Sequence record: SRR22947727_805
Strand: one strand, 5' to 3'
DNA: 33,173 nt
Below, one piece after another: positions 1 through 8,996 of this stretch (the stretch's first letter is position 1; each line of letters begins with the position of its first letter). Position numbers and translations under genes: made by a program. The notes under the pieces were generated by a model, which did no database searches, was not told the origin of the DNA, and worked only from the letters and a program-made list of their open reading frames with translations.

Positions 1-741
1 TATTACATAATCATCAGGTTTTTTTTGTTGAAGCATTCGCCACATTGCCTCAACATAGTCATCAGCATATCCCCAATCTCTGACTGCATTTAAATTGCCT
101 AATTCTAAAATATTTAGTTTTTTTTTTTTTATTTTTACCAGTGAGCTAACTACTTTTTTTGTAACAAAATCATGTCCTCTTAGTGGAGATTCATGATTAA
201 ATAAAATTCCCGAACATGCAAATAATTTATAAGCTTCTCTATAATTTTGTGTCATGTGATGTCCAAATACTTTTGAAACAGCGTAAGGACTTCTTGGTTT
301 TAAAACAGTATCTTCATTTTGAATGTTATTATAGGTTTTTCCAAACATTTCTGAAGAAGATGCTTGGTAAAATTTAGATTTTGGAGAGAACAATCTAATA
401 ACTTCTAAAAGTCTAAGCACCCCCATTGCTGTAACATCACAGGAGCTTAATGGTGTGTTAAATGACGATTTTACAAAAGATTGAGCAGCTAGGTTATACA
501 CCTCATTAATTTTATATTTCCTAAAAATTTTTATGATTGAAGAAATATCTGTTAAATCTATATCTTCAACAATTAAGTTTTTATCATTAAGGATTCCTAG
601 ATGTCTAAACCTCCAATCAGTATTTCTAGATGATCGTCTGTCTGCGGCTATAACTTTAAAATATTTTTTTTTTAGTAATAATTTAGCTAAGTAAGAACCA
701 TCTTGACCTGATGCTCCTGTTATCAATGCAATCTTTTTCAT
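1..741 (-). CDS. gmd: GDP-mannose 4,6-dehydratase (3' end runs off the window)
   Basis: Not in the ORF track; manual translation from ATG at 741: MKKIALITGASGQDGSYLAKLLL...YNLAAQSFV..SF...FYQASSSEMFG...PRSPYAVSK...GILFNHESPLRG..FVTKKV...LGNLNAVRDWGYA. These are GMD signature motifs; frame stays open to position 1. Confidence 0.93.
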   Translation of the reverse strand, partial: MKKIALITGASGQDGSYLAKLLLKKKYFKVIAADRRSSRNTDWRFRHLGILNDKNLIVEDIDLTDISSIIKIFRKYKINEVYNLAAQSFVKSSFNTPLSSCDVTAMGVLRLLEVIRLFSPKSKFYQASSSEMFGKTYNNIQNEDTVLKPRSPYAVSKVFGHHMTQNYREAYKLFACSGILFNHESPLRGHDFVTKKVVSSLVKIKKKKLNILELGNLNAVRDWGYADDYVEAMWRMLQQKKPDDYVI

Positions 742-745
742 AAGT

Positions 746-1315
746 TTAAAACTTTCTTTTAATTGAATTCTCTACGATTGAACACATTATATGATAAAAG
801 ATGATATGTATTTCCTGTATACGTGATGGGTTTTCAGAATTCACTATGAAAGCATCATCACAAAATTTAATACATTTGCCACCTTTATTTCCTAGTAAAC
901 CTAAGCACTTAAGTTTATTTTTTTTTGCAGTTTTAAGCGCATTTACAATATTCTCACTATTGCCACTTGTACTAATGGCTAAAAAAACGTCTTCTTCACG
1001 ACCAATTGCATCTATTTGTCTGCTAAATATTTTTTCAAAATCATAATCATTACCAATAGCTGTTATGGCCGATGTATCAGTTGTAAGAGCAATTGATGGA
1101 AAAGCTTTTCTATTATAATTCATTCTCACAACAAGTTCAGTCGATATATGTTGGGCATCTGCTGCGCTTCCTCCATTACCAGCTATTAAAAATTTTTTTT
1201 TTTTTTTTAACAAACCAATTAGAATTTTTGCAAAATCTGAAGTTTTAGTTTCTATTTCAGCAGCCTGTGTATTCAGAATATTAATATGTTGCTTTATTAT
1301 ATTTTTATAATCCAT
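746..1315 (-). CDS. gmhA: Phosphoheptose (sedoheptulose-7-phosphate) isomerase, SIS domain
   Basis: GNGGSAADAQH, TAIGNDY, FSRQI, ISTSGNSENI and RIQEIHI motifs; 189 aa. Confidence 0.92.
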   Translation of the reverse strand: MDYKNIIKQHINILNTQAAEIETKTSDFAKILIGLLKKKKKFLIAGNGGSAADAQHISTELVVRMNYNRKAFPSIALTTDTSAITAIGNDYDFEKIFSRQIDAIGREEDVFLAISTSGNSENIVNALKTAKKNKLKCLGLLGNKGGKCIKFCDDAFIVNSENPSRIQEIHIIFYHIMCSIVENSIKRKF

Positions 1316-1428
1316 ATCTGTTTATTATATTAAATTTAACTTATTTAAATAGAAATTTAAAAATATTTAAATAAAAGAATTATATTAGCCAATAAAGGTT
1401 TTTTATTTTTTCTAATTATGATATTTTT

Positions 1429-2337
1429 TTACAAAGTTTTTAGAAATTGTTTCAATTTTAGAGTAAACGTACTTAGTTGCATATCGTAAAATACAAATCT
1501 TAAATGAGTTCTTTTCAAACTATTATCAAGAATTTTGCCTCTTTTATGAAAACCCATATTATTACAAATTACTAAAGAGTTTTTTGGAGCGCTACATATC
1601 TTAATTTTACCAAAACATTTTTCAAATTTTTCATTAGAAAAAGTAATTCTATTATTTTTTTTAAAAAAATCAAAATTTGTTAGATATTTGTCAAAATAAT
1701 TTGTTGAACTAAATATGCTATAAAAATATTCAAATTTTAATCTGTTAAAAGTAAGTAGATGGCTTTTTGAAATATATTCAAATGAACCATTTTCTATAGA
1801 GTTATCGTTTACATAATAAAACGCCTTACAACACGGGTAATGTTTGTCAACATGAAATTCTGAATTTACATCATCAGTGTCCTGCATATTAGGCTTAAGG
1901 TTAATTTCTTGAAAAACTGGCTCTGGAAGCTCTTTAACTTTTTTATAAATAATATTTGAAACATGTTGACTCAGATTGCTTCTACTAAATTTATCTAAAA
2001 TCTTATTATCAGAACCAATAGGTCCAATGAGCACATCTGCATTTCCATAATTTTCTTTTTTAAAATGGTTTTGATTTTTTAAAGTTTCAAAACAATTTTT
2101 AATATAAGTAAAATCATTATCACTTAAAAAATTTTCAATAATAATAAATCCATTTTTTTCTAAATCATTAGTTTCTGAATTTATATTTTCATATTTATAA
2201 ATTAATTTTTTAATTAAAAAGTTTTTTAGATAAAACAATAATATTCTAAAAATTTGTAGCCCTAAAACATTTAATATAAAAATTTTATAAATATGTCTTG
2301 GTGGTTGGAAAAATAATGAAATAATAAATTTTTTCAT
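1429..2337 (-). CDS. Fe(II)/2-oxoglutarate dioxygenase, phytanoyl-CoA dioxygenase (PhyH)-like
   Basis: GFIIIENFLS N-terminal motif, HxD (FHVD), NGSFEYISKSH, distal His (GFHKRG) and following Arg. ATG at 2337 overlaps the upstream stop (TGATG); the ORF track uses TTG 2340. Confidence 0.75.
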   Translation of the reverse strand: MKKFIISLFFQPPRHIYKIFILNVLGLQIFRILLFYLKNFLIKKLIYKYENINSETNDLEKNGFIIIENFLSDNDFTYIKNCFETLKNQNHFKKENYGNADVLIGPIGSDNKILDKFSRSNLSQHVSNIIYKKVKELPEPVFQEINLKPNMQDTDDVNSEFHVDKHYPCCKAFYYVNDNSIENGSFEYISKSHLLTFNRLKFEYFYSIFSSTNYFDKYLTNFDFFKKNNRITFSNEKFEKCFGKIKICSAPKNSLVICNNMGFHKRGKILDNSLKRTHLRFVFYDMQLSTFTLKLKQFLKTL

Positions 2338-3941
2338 CAAAATAATATCTTAATTGTTTCTTTATATGGCAAATTAGTAATTTTTTGTATCTGAATATTT
2401 TTATTTTTATCTTTTTTGAAAAAATTATAATTTATTATAGAATTTTTTATTCTATATTTTGTATTATTTTGTAATTCAATAGTAGTTTTACTTTTAGAAT
2501 ATGTCTTAATCAAATTATCATTTCTTTTAATTTTAGTAAATCGTTCTAAAAATAAATTATTATAAACTTTAACAATGCCAGAACCTTCTAATAAGTCTTC
2601 TATTTCTATGTAGTTTTCATTACAAGTGATTTTTCTTTTGTGAATAATATTATTAAAATAATCAAAACTAAATCCATCATGTTCAGAGATAAATTGAGTA
2701 GTTTTATCTTGATTATAAGTAATTAAGCTATTTACCTTCGGCCTTTTTCCTACTCTAAAGCTTTTCCAAACATCAAGCATGTTAGTTTTATTTACCGAAA
2801 GCGTGCTTTGTTTCATTGTTCCTCTTTCTATAACTCTTTTTTCCAAGTTTTCGTAAGTAGATATTCCAGAATTAGTTATTATTTTATTAAATTTGTTTGA
2901 AATTTCTAAACTAGTTATATTTGCATGTTGGTGTGCTGGAATGTAATCTGAGGCGATACCACCACTTCTAAATATTACTTTGTATTTTTTATTAATATAA
3001 ACAATATATCCACTATCTTTAAAAAAATATAATTTCCTTCTTTTTTTTTTTATATATTTCAAATCTAAGTTAAGTTTATTTGCATAGTTGTATAAATCTG
3101 AATAGCTAGGTTGAACATTTATGCAACTATCATTAAAAAAAGGTACTTGGTCATTATGATTCATAATGCTTGACCATAAAAGCATTTTATCAATCTTAAC
3201 TAATAATTTTTCACGATTTAACCTACTGCATTTTAATTGAATAATATCTAATAAATCATAAACAAATTGATTATGATACATCGGTGATTGTTCAAAATGA
3301 CCTCCGTCATCTAAAATTTGATTTTCTAATTCATTATTAAAATTTAAGTAAATTTTTTCTTTTATCTTTTTATGAAAATTATTTTCAAGCAATGAAAAAG
3401 AAAAAATTAATGCCTTATAATTTATAAATAAATGATTGCCTCTAAGGTGATATTCCATATTCATCATTATAAAATTTGTATGAATAATTAATGTCTCTAA
3501 TAATTTTTTAGATAGATAGTTATATTTAATAGACCATTTGATTAAATTTATTAACCTTAAAGATGTGGGATAAGGATCCCAAGCAATGTCTTTATAAGAT
3601 AATTCGTTTTCATCAATCCATGAATAAATTATTTTTTTTGATTCATTCTTTGAGTGATCAAAGATAAAATCTAAATAATGAATATTATAGGTAAAAAGTT
3701 TATTAAAATTTTTTTTCCAAATTTTTTTACCAAATTTTTTATTTATTTTATTTATTTTTTTAGTAAAATCATTTTGATATCGTAGAATAAAAAAACTAAA
3801 TTTTATTCTTTTACTTTTAACGTTTAAAAAATTTTTTTTTTTTAAAATAACAATTGAAAAATATCTTATTAAGTTTTTGAAAAAAAGATAAAATATTTGA
3901 TTAATTGAAAAATATTTTACTGTATTTAAATATCTAAGCAT
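2337..3941 (-). CDS. Heparinase II/III-family (alginate-lyase-like) protein typical of polysaccharide clusters
   Basis: YNIHYLDF, WDPYPTSLRLINLIK, EYHLRGNH, QILDDGGHFEQSPMYH, FFNDS, SGY, HQHAN, VWKSFRVG, HDGF...HKR motifs. Confidence 0.85.
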   Translation of the reverse strand: MLRYLNTVKYFSINQIFYLFFKNLIRYFSIVILKKKNFLNVKSKRIKFSFFILRYQNDFTKKINKINKKFGKKIWKKNFNKLFTYNIHYLDFIFDHSKNESKKIIYSWIDENELSYKDIAWDPYPTSLRLINLIKWSIKYNYLSKKLLETLIIHTNFIMMNMEYHLRGNHLFINYKALIFSFSLLENNFHKKIKEKIYLNFNNELENQILDDGGHFEQSPMYHNQFVYDLLDIIQLKCSRLNREKLLVKIDKMLLWSSIMNHNDQVPFFNDSCINVQPSYSDLYNYANKLNLDLKYIKKKRRKLYFFKDSGYIVYINKKYKVIFRSGGIASDYIPAHQHANITSLEISNKFNKIITNSGISTYENLEKRVIERGTMKQSTLSVNKTNMLDVWKSFRVGKRPKVNSLITYNQDKTTQFISEHDGFSFDYFNNIIHKRKITCNENYIEIEDLLEGSGIVKVYNNLFLERFTKIKRNDNLIKTYSKSKTTIELQNNTKYRIKNSIINYNFFKKDKNKNIQIQKITNLPYKETIKILF

Positions 3942-4100
3942 TTATATTAAACTTTTAATAAATTATTATTCTTTTTTCAAATGTATAAGAAATTTTATAT
4001 TTCTTTAGAGTTACAATAGATAATGATTTATTAATTATTATATAAAGTTATAACTTAAAAGTGTCTTAAATATATTAAAGATAAACATATCTGTTGTAGT

Positions 4101-4796
4101 CTATTTTTTATTTAAAAAAGAAAAAGTTTTAGCTAAATCTTTCTTTACATCTATATCGATTGAATATTCACTATCATCTAGTTCAAAAAAAAATATTTTT
4201 TTTCCAGTCATAGAATTTTTTTCAATAGTGTCTTTGGGTCTTATAATATCTGCATAACCAACATGATTATAAGTTTGTTCAATAAATTGCCTTCCCTTAG
4301 AATGAAATTCATTTTTTGATTTAATTAACGGTTTTGCTGCATTGTTTTTTTTAGTATACATCTTAAAAGGAGAGTGTGAAGATTTAACAAAACATCTAAG
4401 TGAGCTAAATTTTTTATTTTTAATCATTATTTCAATAATTTTTCTTATGGTTTTTTTTTTTCTAAATGGCGTTGTTGCCCTTAAATGAACAATTAAATCA
4501 ATTTTTTTTTTATTCTTTTTCTTATAATTAATATAAAAATGTTTAAACGCTTCGATATCGGTAGAGCTATCCTCTGAAATTTTTTTTGGTCTTTTAATTA
4601 TCTTCGCACCTAAACCCTTTGAAATTTTTAGAATTTTGTTAGAATCTGATGAAACATAAGTTTCATTTATTAGCTTAATTTTTTTTGATATATCAATACT
4701 ATAAAAAATTAGTGGATTTTTATTTATCTTTAAAATATTTTTATTCTTAATTCCTTTTGATCCTCCTCTTGCAGGAATAAAGGTTACTACATTCAT
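4101..4796 (-). CDS. neuA: CMP-ulosonic acid synthetase (acylneuraminate cytidylyltransferase, NeuA/PseF family)
   Basis: IPARGGSKGIKNKNI, VSSDS, RPKKIS.D, LRATTPFR and IDID motifs; substrate not determinable. Confidence 0.88.
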   Translation of the reverse strand: MNVVTFIPARGGSKGIKNKNILKINKNPLIFYSIDISKKIKLINETYVSSDSNKILKISKGLGAKIIKRPKKISEDSSTDIEAFKHFYINYKKKNKKKIDLIVHLRATTPFRKKKTIRKIIEIMIKNKKFSSLRCFVKSSHSPFKMYTKKNNAAKPLIKSKNEFHSKGRQFIEQTYNHVGYADIIRPKDTIEKNSMTGKKIFFFELDDSEYSIDIDVKKDLAKTFSFLNKK

Positions 4797-4799
4797 TAT

Positions 4800-6245
4800 T
4801 TAAATGTTATAAACTAAAGAATTAAAATTTTCTTTGTAATAATTTAATTTTTCTTTAGAAACTAATTTGTTTTTTGACACAGTTCTAAGTTGACCATCTA
4901 CCTGTTTCTCATAATCATCAAAATAATCTTTTTTTACTGAATTTGCATGCTCATTTGTTCCATAGTAAGGGCTATAAAATGCTACAGTGACATTGTCAGG
5001 TTTTAAATATTTATTAAAATCAATTGTACTTTTAATTGATTGTTCGTCTTGATCAGGTAAACCAATAATATTATATGAAGTTCTTTTGATACCATTCTCT
5101 TTTAATAGATTAAATGCTTTAATAATTTTATCTTGATCAGCAAATCTATTTAATTTTTCTTCTCTAAAATCTTCTCCAGCCAACTCAACACCCATGCCTA
5201 CTCCGTCTACATTTAAATCTTTTAACAACTTGACTGATTTTTCATTAATTCCTTCTGGTCTTGTTTCGATATATAATTTGATGTCTATTGGATTATTTAA
5301 ATATTTTTCTCTTAATTCATTTAAAATTTTTGGATTTATAGTTAAAAAATTTGTATCCTGACACCTAACTAGATCTATATTAAAATCATTTCTAAATTTA
5401 AATAATTCATCATAAATTCTTTCTGCACTTTTATTTCTTAAATAATTTTTTGCTTGTTTTAGTGCTCCTTTAGGAGTTTTTTCTTCAAAACCATAATATT
5501 TTTGAATTACAGTTTCAACACAGTAAGAACAGGTATATATGCAGCCTCTTGACATTTCATAATCAACTGCTCTTACAATATTTCCATTATAAGGTCTTAA
5601 AAAAGTTTGATCATCAAATATTTTATAATCATAGAGCGGAATATCGTTTAAATCTTTAATAATTTTTTGAGGAGCATTTTTTACTATTTGTTGATTATCA
5701 TCTAAATATGACAATCCATTGATATTTTTTAAAGTAATATTATTTTTAATATTCTTACAAATCTCAGTAAGCACAATTTCAGATTCACCTGAAATTAAAT
5801 AATCAATCTTATTAAAATTTTTAAGTATTATCTCGGGTGATGCTGTAGCTTGAATGCCTCCTGTTATCTTTAAAGATCTATCTTTTAAATTTTTAATAAG
5901 ATCATACCCGTATTGAATATTTACATATTCACCTTCGCCATGAATATGAGAGCTCAAAGCCGACCAAAACACTATATCAGGATCAAATTCATTAATTTTA
6001 TTTTCTAAATCTTTTTCAATATTGTTGTCACTAAATTTTATAATTTTTGAATAATCAGTTTTTTTATATTGTTTGTTAGCTGTGTTGTAATTTGTCTCAT
6101 CATTTGTCCATTTTTTATAAAATGTACAATCAAACAACTCTACATCAAATCCCTTTGCTTTTAAAATTGCTGAATGTGAGGCAATCCATATAGTTGTAAT
6201 GCCTCTTCCCCATTTATTTGGATTGATAAATAAAACTTTAACCAT
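4800..6245 (-). CDS. Cobalamin-binding radical SAM protein (class B methyltransferase-like architecture)
   Basis: N-terminal B12-binding-like domain (KVLFINP, TGGIQAT, SGESE) followed by SRGCIYTCSYC (CxxxCxxC), DTNF, ETRP, GVE, IIGLP and PYYGT. Confidence 0.88.
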   Translation of the reverse strand: MVKVLFINPNKWGRGITTIWIASHSAILKAKGFDVELFDCTFYKKWTNDETNYNTANKQYKKTDYSKIIKFSDNNIEKDLENKINEFDPDIVFWSALSSHIHGEGEYVNIQYGYDLIKNLKDRSLKITGGIQATASPEIILKNFNKIDYLISGESEIVLTEICKNIKNNITLKNINGLSYLDDNQQIVKNAPQKIIKDLNDIPLYDYKIFDDQTFLRPYNGNIVRAVDYEMSRGCIYTCSYCVETVIQKYYGFEEKTPKGALKQAKNYLRNKSAERIYDELFKFRNDFNIDLVRCQDTNFLTINPKILNELREKYLNNPIDIKLYIETRPEGINEKSVKLLKDLNVDGVGMGVELAGEDFREEKLNRFADQDKIIKAFNLLKENGIKRTSYNIIGLPDQDEQSIKSTIDFNKYLKPDNVTVAFYSPYYGTNEHANSVKKDYFDDYEKQVDGQLRTVSKNKLVSKEKLNYYKENFNSLVYNI

Positions 6246-6267
6246 TAGTTATATATATACTAATATA

Positions 6268-6846
6268 ATGAAACTAGCAATAATTGATCTTGAATGGACA
6301 GCTTGGAAAGGATCTCAAGAAAGAAAATGGTCTTTGGAATTTGAACAAAAAGAAATTGTAGAATTTGGACTCGTATCATTTAATAATTTTAATTCAACAA
6401 ATATAAGAAAAAAAAGTTTTTACTTTAAAACAAATAAAGAAATTTCAAATTATTTTACAAAGCTCACAAGCATTACAAAAAAATTTCATGTAGAAAGAGG
6501 AAAAAAATTTGAAGAAAATTTTTTTGAAATAAATAGGGAAATGAGTCAACATAAAATAATTTTATGTAATGGAAAAGATAAAGATATTATAATTGAAAAT
6601 TTTAAGTTAAAAAAACTACCATTACCTTTTTTTTTAAAAAAAATAAAAGATATTAGTAATATTATATCAAGTGTTCTTGATAAAGATGGAGAGCATCAAG
6701 TGAGCTCAGAGCTTCTAGACACTCTTAAAATAAAAGATTATATAAAGCACAAACATAGGGCAAGCGACGATGCTTATGCTATATTTTTAGCTTTAAAATA
6801 TTTAATTAAAAATAGAAGAGTTAAAGTTTCTGAGATTCTTAGGTAA
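6268..6846 (+). CDS. DEDDh 3'-5' exonuclease (ERI1/KapD/DnaQ-like)
   Basis: ExoI IIDLEWT, EIVEFG, YFTKLTSIT, ExoII NGKD, ExoIII HRASDDA. Start reassigned to ATG 6268 (MKLAIIDLE) because the track start at 6199 overlaps the radical SAM gene. Confidence 0.8.
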   Translation: MKLAIIDLEWTAWKGSQERKWSLEFEQKEIVEFGLVSFNNFNSTNIRKKSFYFKTNKEISNYFTKLTSITKKFHVERGKKFEENFFEINREMSQHKIILCNGKDKDIIIENFKLKKLPLPFFLKKIKDISNIISSVLDKDGEHQVSSELLDTLKIKDYIKHKHRASDDAYAIFLALKYLIKNRRVKVSEILR

Positions 6847-7800
6847 TTTTTTTTTTGTACTTAACAATAAAAGATAAAAAATTATTGAAAAAAGGAAAGC
6901 TATTATAAAACTAGAAAAAATTGATAGCAATAATGTCAATGAGATATAAATTTGAATTATGATTAATGCGAAAAAATACCCGTATTTTCTTGTACAAATA
7001 TGATGAATATGCTGTCTATCACCTGAAAATGGACTATTAGACATAAAAATTCTGTAAAAGAACAATCTTATTAAATCATAAAGGGGAACAGATGATAACA
7101 AAAATATCTCTTCAATACTTAAGTATGAATTGTGATATCCATTTATAAAAGTTAATCCAAGCAAGAAAGATAATAAATAAATACCAGAGTCTCCAAAGTA
7201 AATTTTGTTAAATAAATTTAAAACTAGAAACGCAACTATTGATATTAATAATATAATTAATAAAGTGTTGTTATTACTCAAGTATATGTATGAAAAAACT
7301 TGAAAAAAATATAGACCACTTTGTCCATTTAAACCATCAAACATATTTATTGAATTAATGATGACTACAAAACAAATAACTGTAAATAAGACTGAAATTC
7401 TAGTTATATCAATATCAAGTCCAAATGTTTCAGCTTGCAATATTTTAATTTGATAAAAATCTATTGTGGATAAGAAAAAAAATAATGTTATTGATATTAT
7501 TATTGTTCTTTGAAAAGGTGTTAATGTGACCAAATCATCATAAGCACCAACCAAAAAAATAATCAAAATACATATTAAAAAAAGATACTTATCAAATTCT
7601 AATAAAAAAAAATTCTGCAAAGGGTTTTTAGAAAGAAAAAAATATAAAATTAAATTTATAAATATAAAGAAACCACCTAATGTTGGTTTTTTGCTGATAT
7701 TTTTAATTTTTTTTTTTTTTAGAAAATTCTTATAAACAAGAATTATTTTATTATGATATAATATTACAAATAATGAAAAGATAAGATTAAAAATTATCAT
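6802..7800 (-). CDS. Polyprenyl-phosphate HexNAc-1-phosphate transferase (WecA/MraY family)
   Basis: PTLGG, GAYDD, INSINMFDGLNG, YFGDSG and DRQHIHH motifs; multiple hydrophobic helices. Confidence 0.9.
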   Translation of the reverse strand: MIIFNLIFSLFVILYHNKIILVYKNFLKKKKIKNISKKPTLGGFFIFINLILYFFLSKNPLQNFFLLEFDKYLFLICILIIFLVGAYDDLVTLTPFQRTIIISITLFFFLSTIDFYQIKILQAETFGLDIDITRISVLFTVICFVVIINSINMFDGLNGQSGLYFFQVFSYIYLSNNNTLLIILLISIVAFLVLNLFNKIYFGDSGIYLLSFLLGLTFINGYHNSYLSIEEIFLLSSVPLYDLIRLFFYRIFMSNSPFSGDRQHIHHICTRKYGYFFALIIIQIYISLTLLLSIFSSFIIAFLFSIIFYLLLLSTKKKLPKNLRNFNSSIFN

Positions 7801-8996
7801 TTTTTTAATTTTGATGATAGATAAAAACCTATAGGAAGAAAATATATAATTGAAATAAAATTATTAAAAAAATTTCCAGACGTGGCAATAGGCAAAAGTG
7901 TGATTAAAAAAGCAGAAATTAAACAAACTTGGTCATCATCTAAATAGGGTTTCTTTACTATGGAATAATAAAATTGCTTAAAAGAAACAAAAATAAAATA
8001 TAAAAAAACTACAAATACAAAAAAAAATCCGATAATTCCAGTTTCTGACAATAATTGGATATATGTATTATGAGGATGTGTGCTACATGCTTTATTAATA
8101 ATTTTAGAGGTAACACATGTTTTCCTAAAAGTATTTGGCCCTGTGCCTGTTATAATATTTTTTTTAAAAAGATCTAGCGCTGTAAAATAATAACGTTCGT
8201 GAATTTTAGAAATATAAATTGTAGATGAAAATCCACCTATAGTTGCATTTATCATTCGATTTTTTATTGAATCATTAAAGTATATCTGGCTAAAAACTAT
8301 CATTAATGAAATAGAAAGAGTTATAAGTCCCAATAATCTCATCTTCTTTGTTAATATAATTAAATAAATAATTGTTAATAAACTAAAAACAAATGATGCT
8401 CTTTCACCTGATAAAAAAATTAAGATTATTGTTAAAATTATAAAAAATATAAAAAAATATTTATACCTAGAGCTTAATAAATTGAGATTAAATAAAAAAA
8501 ATATTAGCAATGGAAGATGTCTAGATAAAAAACTCCCTAAAATTTTTTCATCCCCAAACAATCCACCCAATCTAGATGAGGGACTAATTCCATATCCTTG
8601 AAGATTTACTCCAAATATATATTGAATATAACCATCTAAAACTAAAACAAATAAAGTAAGAAATAAAGATGTAAAAAAAAATTTTTTGAAGTTTTTAATA
8701 TTTTCACATAAATAATAAATTAATAAAGCCAAAATAAAAAACCTAAAATATGGAAGCGTTGATTTTAATGAAAATAAGATATCTACAGACAAAAGACTAG
8801 AAATATTTAAATATATATAAAAGATAATAAAATATTTAAAGAAAAATTGGTTAAGAAAAAAATAAATTTTATTTTTGATAATATAATATAAAAATATCAA
8901 AGAGTTAATACTGACAACTAAATCTGGCAAAAAACTACCTGTAACCATTAAAGGTGGTAACAATATGATTGAAAATTTAAGATAATTAATGGTCAA
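7797..8996 (-). CDS. O-antigen ligase family (WaaL / Wzy_C) membrane protein
   Basis: Multi-TM protein with RLGGLFGDE, LSGERAS, GTGPNTF and HPHNTYIQLLSETGIIG; TTG start. Confidence 0.88.
   Translation of the reverse strand: MTINYLKFSIILLPPLMVTGSFLPDLVVSINSLIFLYYIIKNKIYFFLNQFFFKYFIIFYIYLNISSLLSVDILFSLKSTLPYFRFFILALLIYYLCENIKNFKKFFFTSLFLTLFVLVLDGYIQYIFGVNLQGYGISPSSRLGGLFGDEKILGSFLSRHLPLLIFFLFNLNLLSSRYKYFFIFFIILTIILIFLSGERASFVFSLLTIIYLIILTKKMRLLGLITLSISLMIVFSQIYFNDSIKNRMINATIGGFSSTIYISKIHERYYFTALDLFKKNIITGTGPNTFRKTCVTSKIINKACSTHPHNTYIQLLSETGIIGFFFVFVVFLYFIFVSFKQFYYSIVKKPYLDDDQVCLISAFLITLLPIATSGNFFNNFISIIYFLPIGFYLSSKLKK

Noticed and set aside
801-1046. 81-aa plus-strand ORF
   Set aside because: Antisense shadow inside gmhA with no motif.
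1341-1374. 11-bp inverted repeat TTATTTAAATA/TATTTAAATAA upstream of gmhA
   Set aside because: All A/T with a self-palindromic core; expected by chance and too weak for a terminator call.
6199-6267. N-terminal extension of the exonuclease ORF
   Set aside because: Overlaps the radical SAM start; the ExoI motif begins right after ATG 6268.
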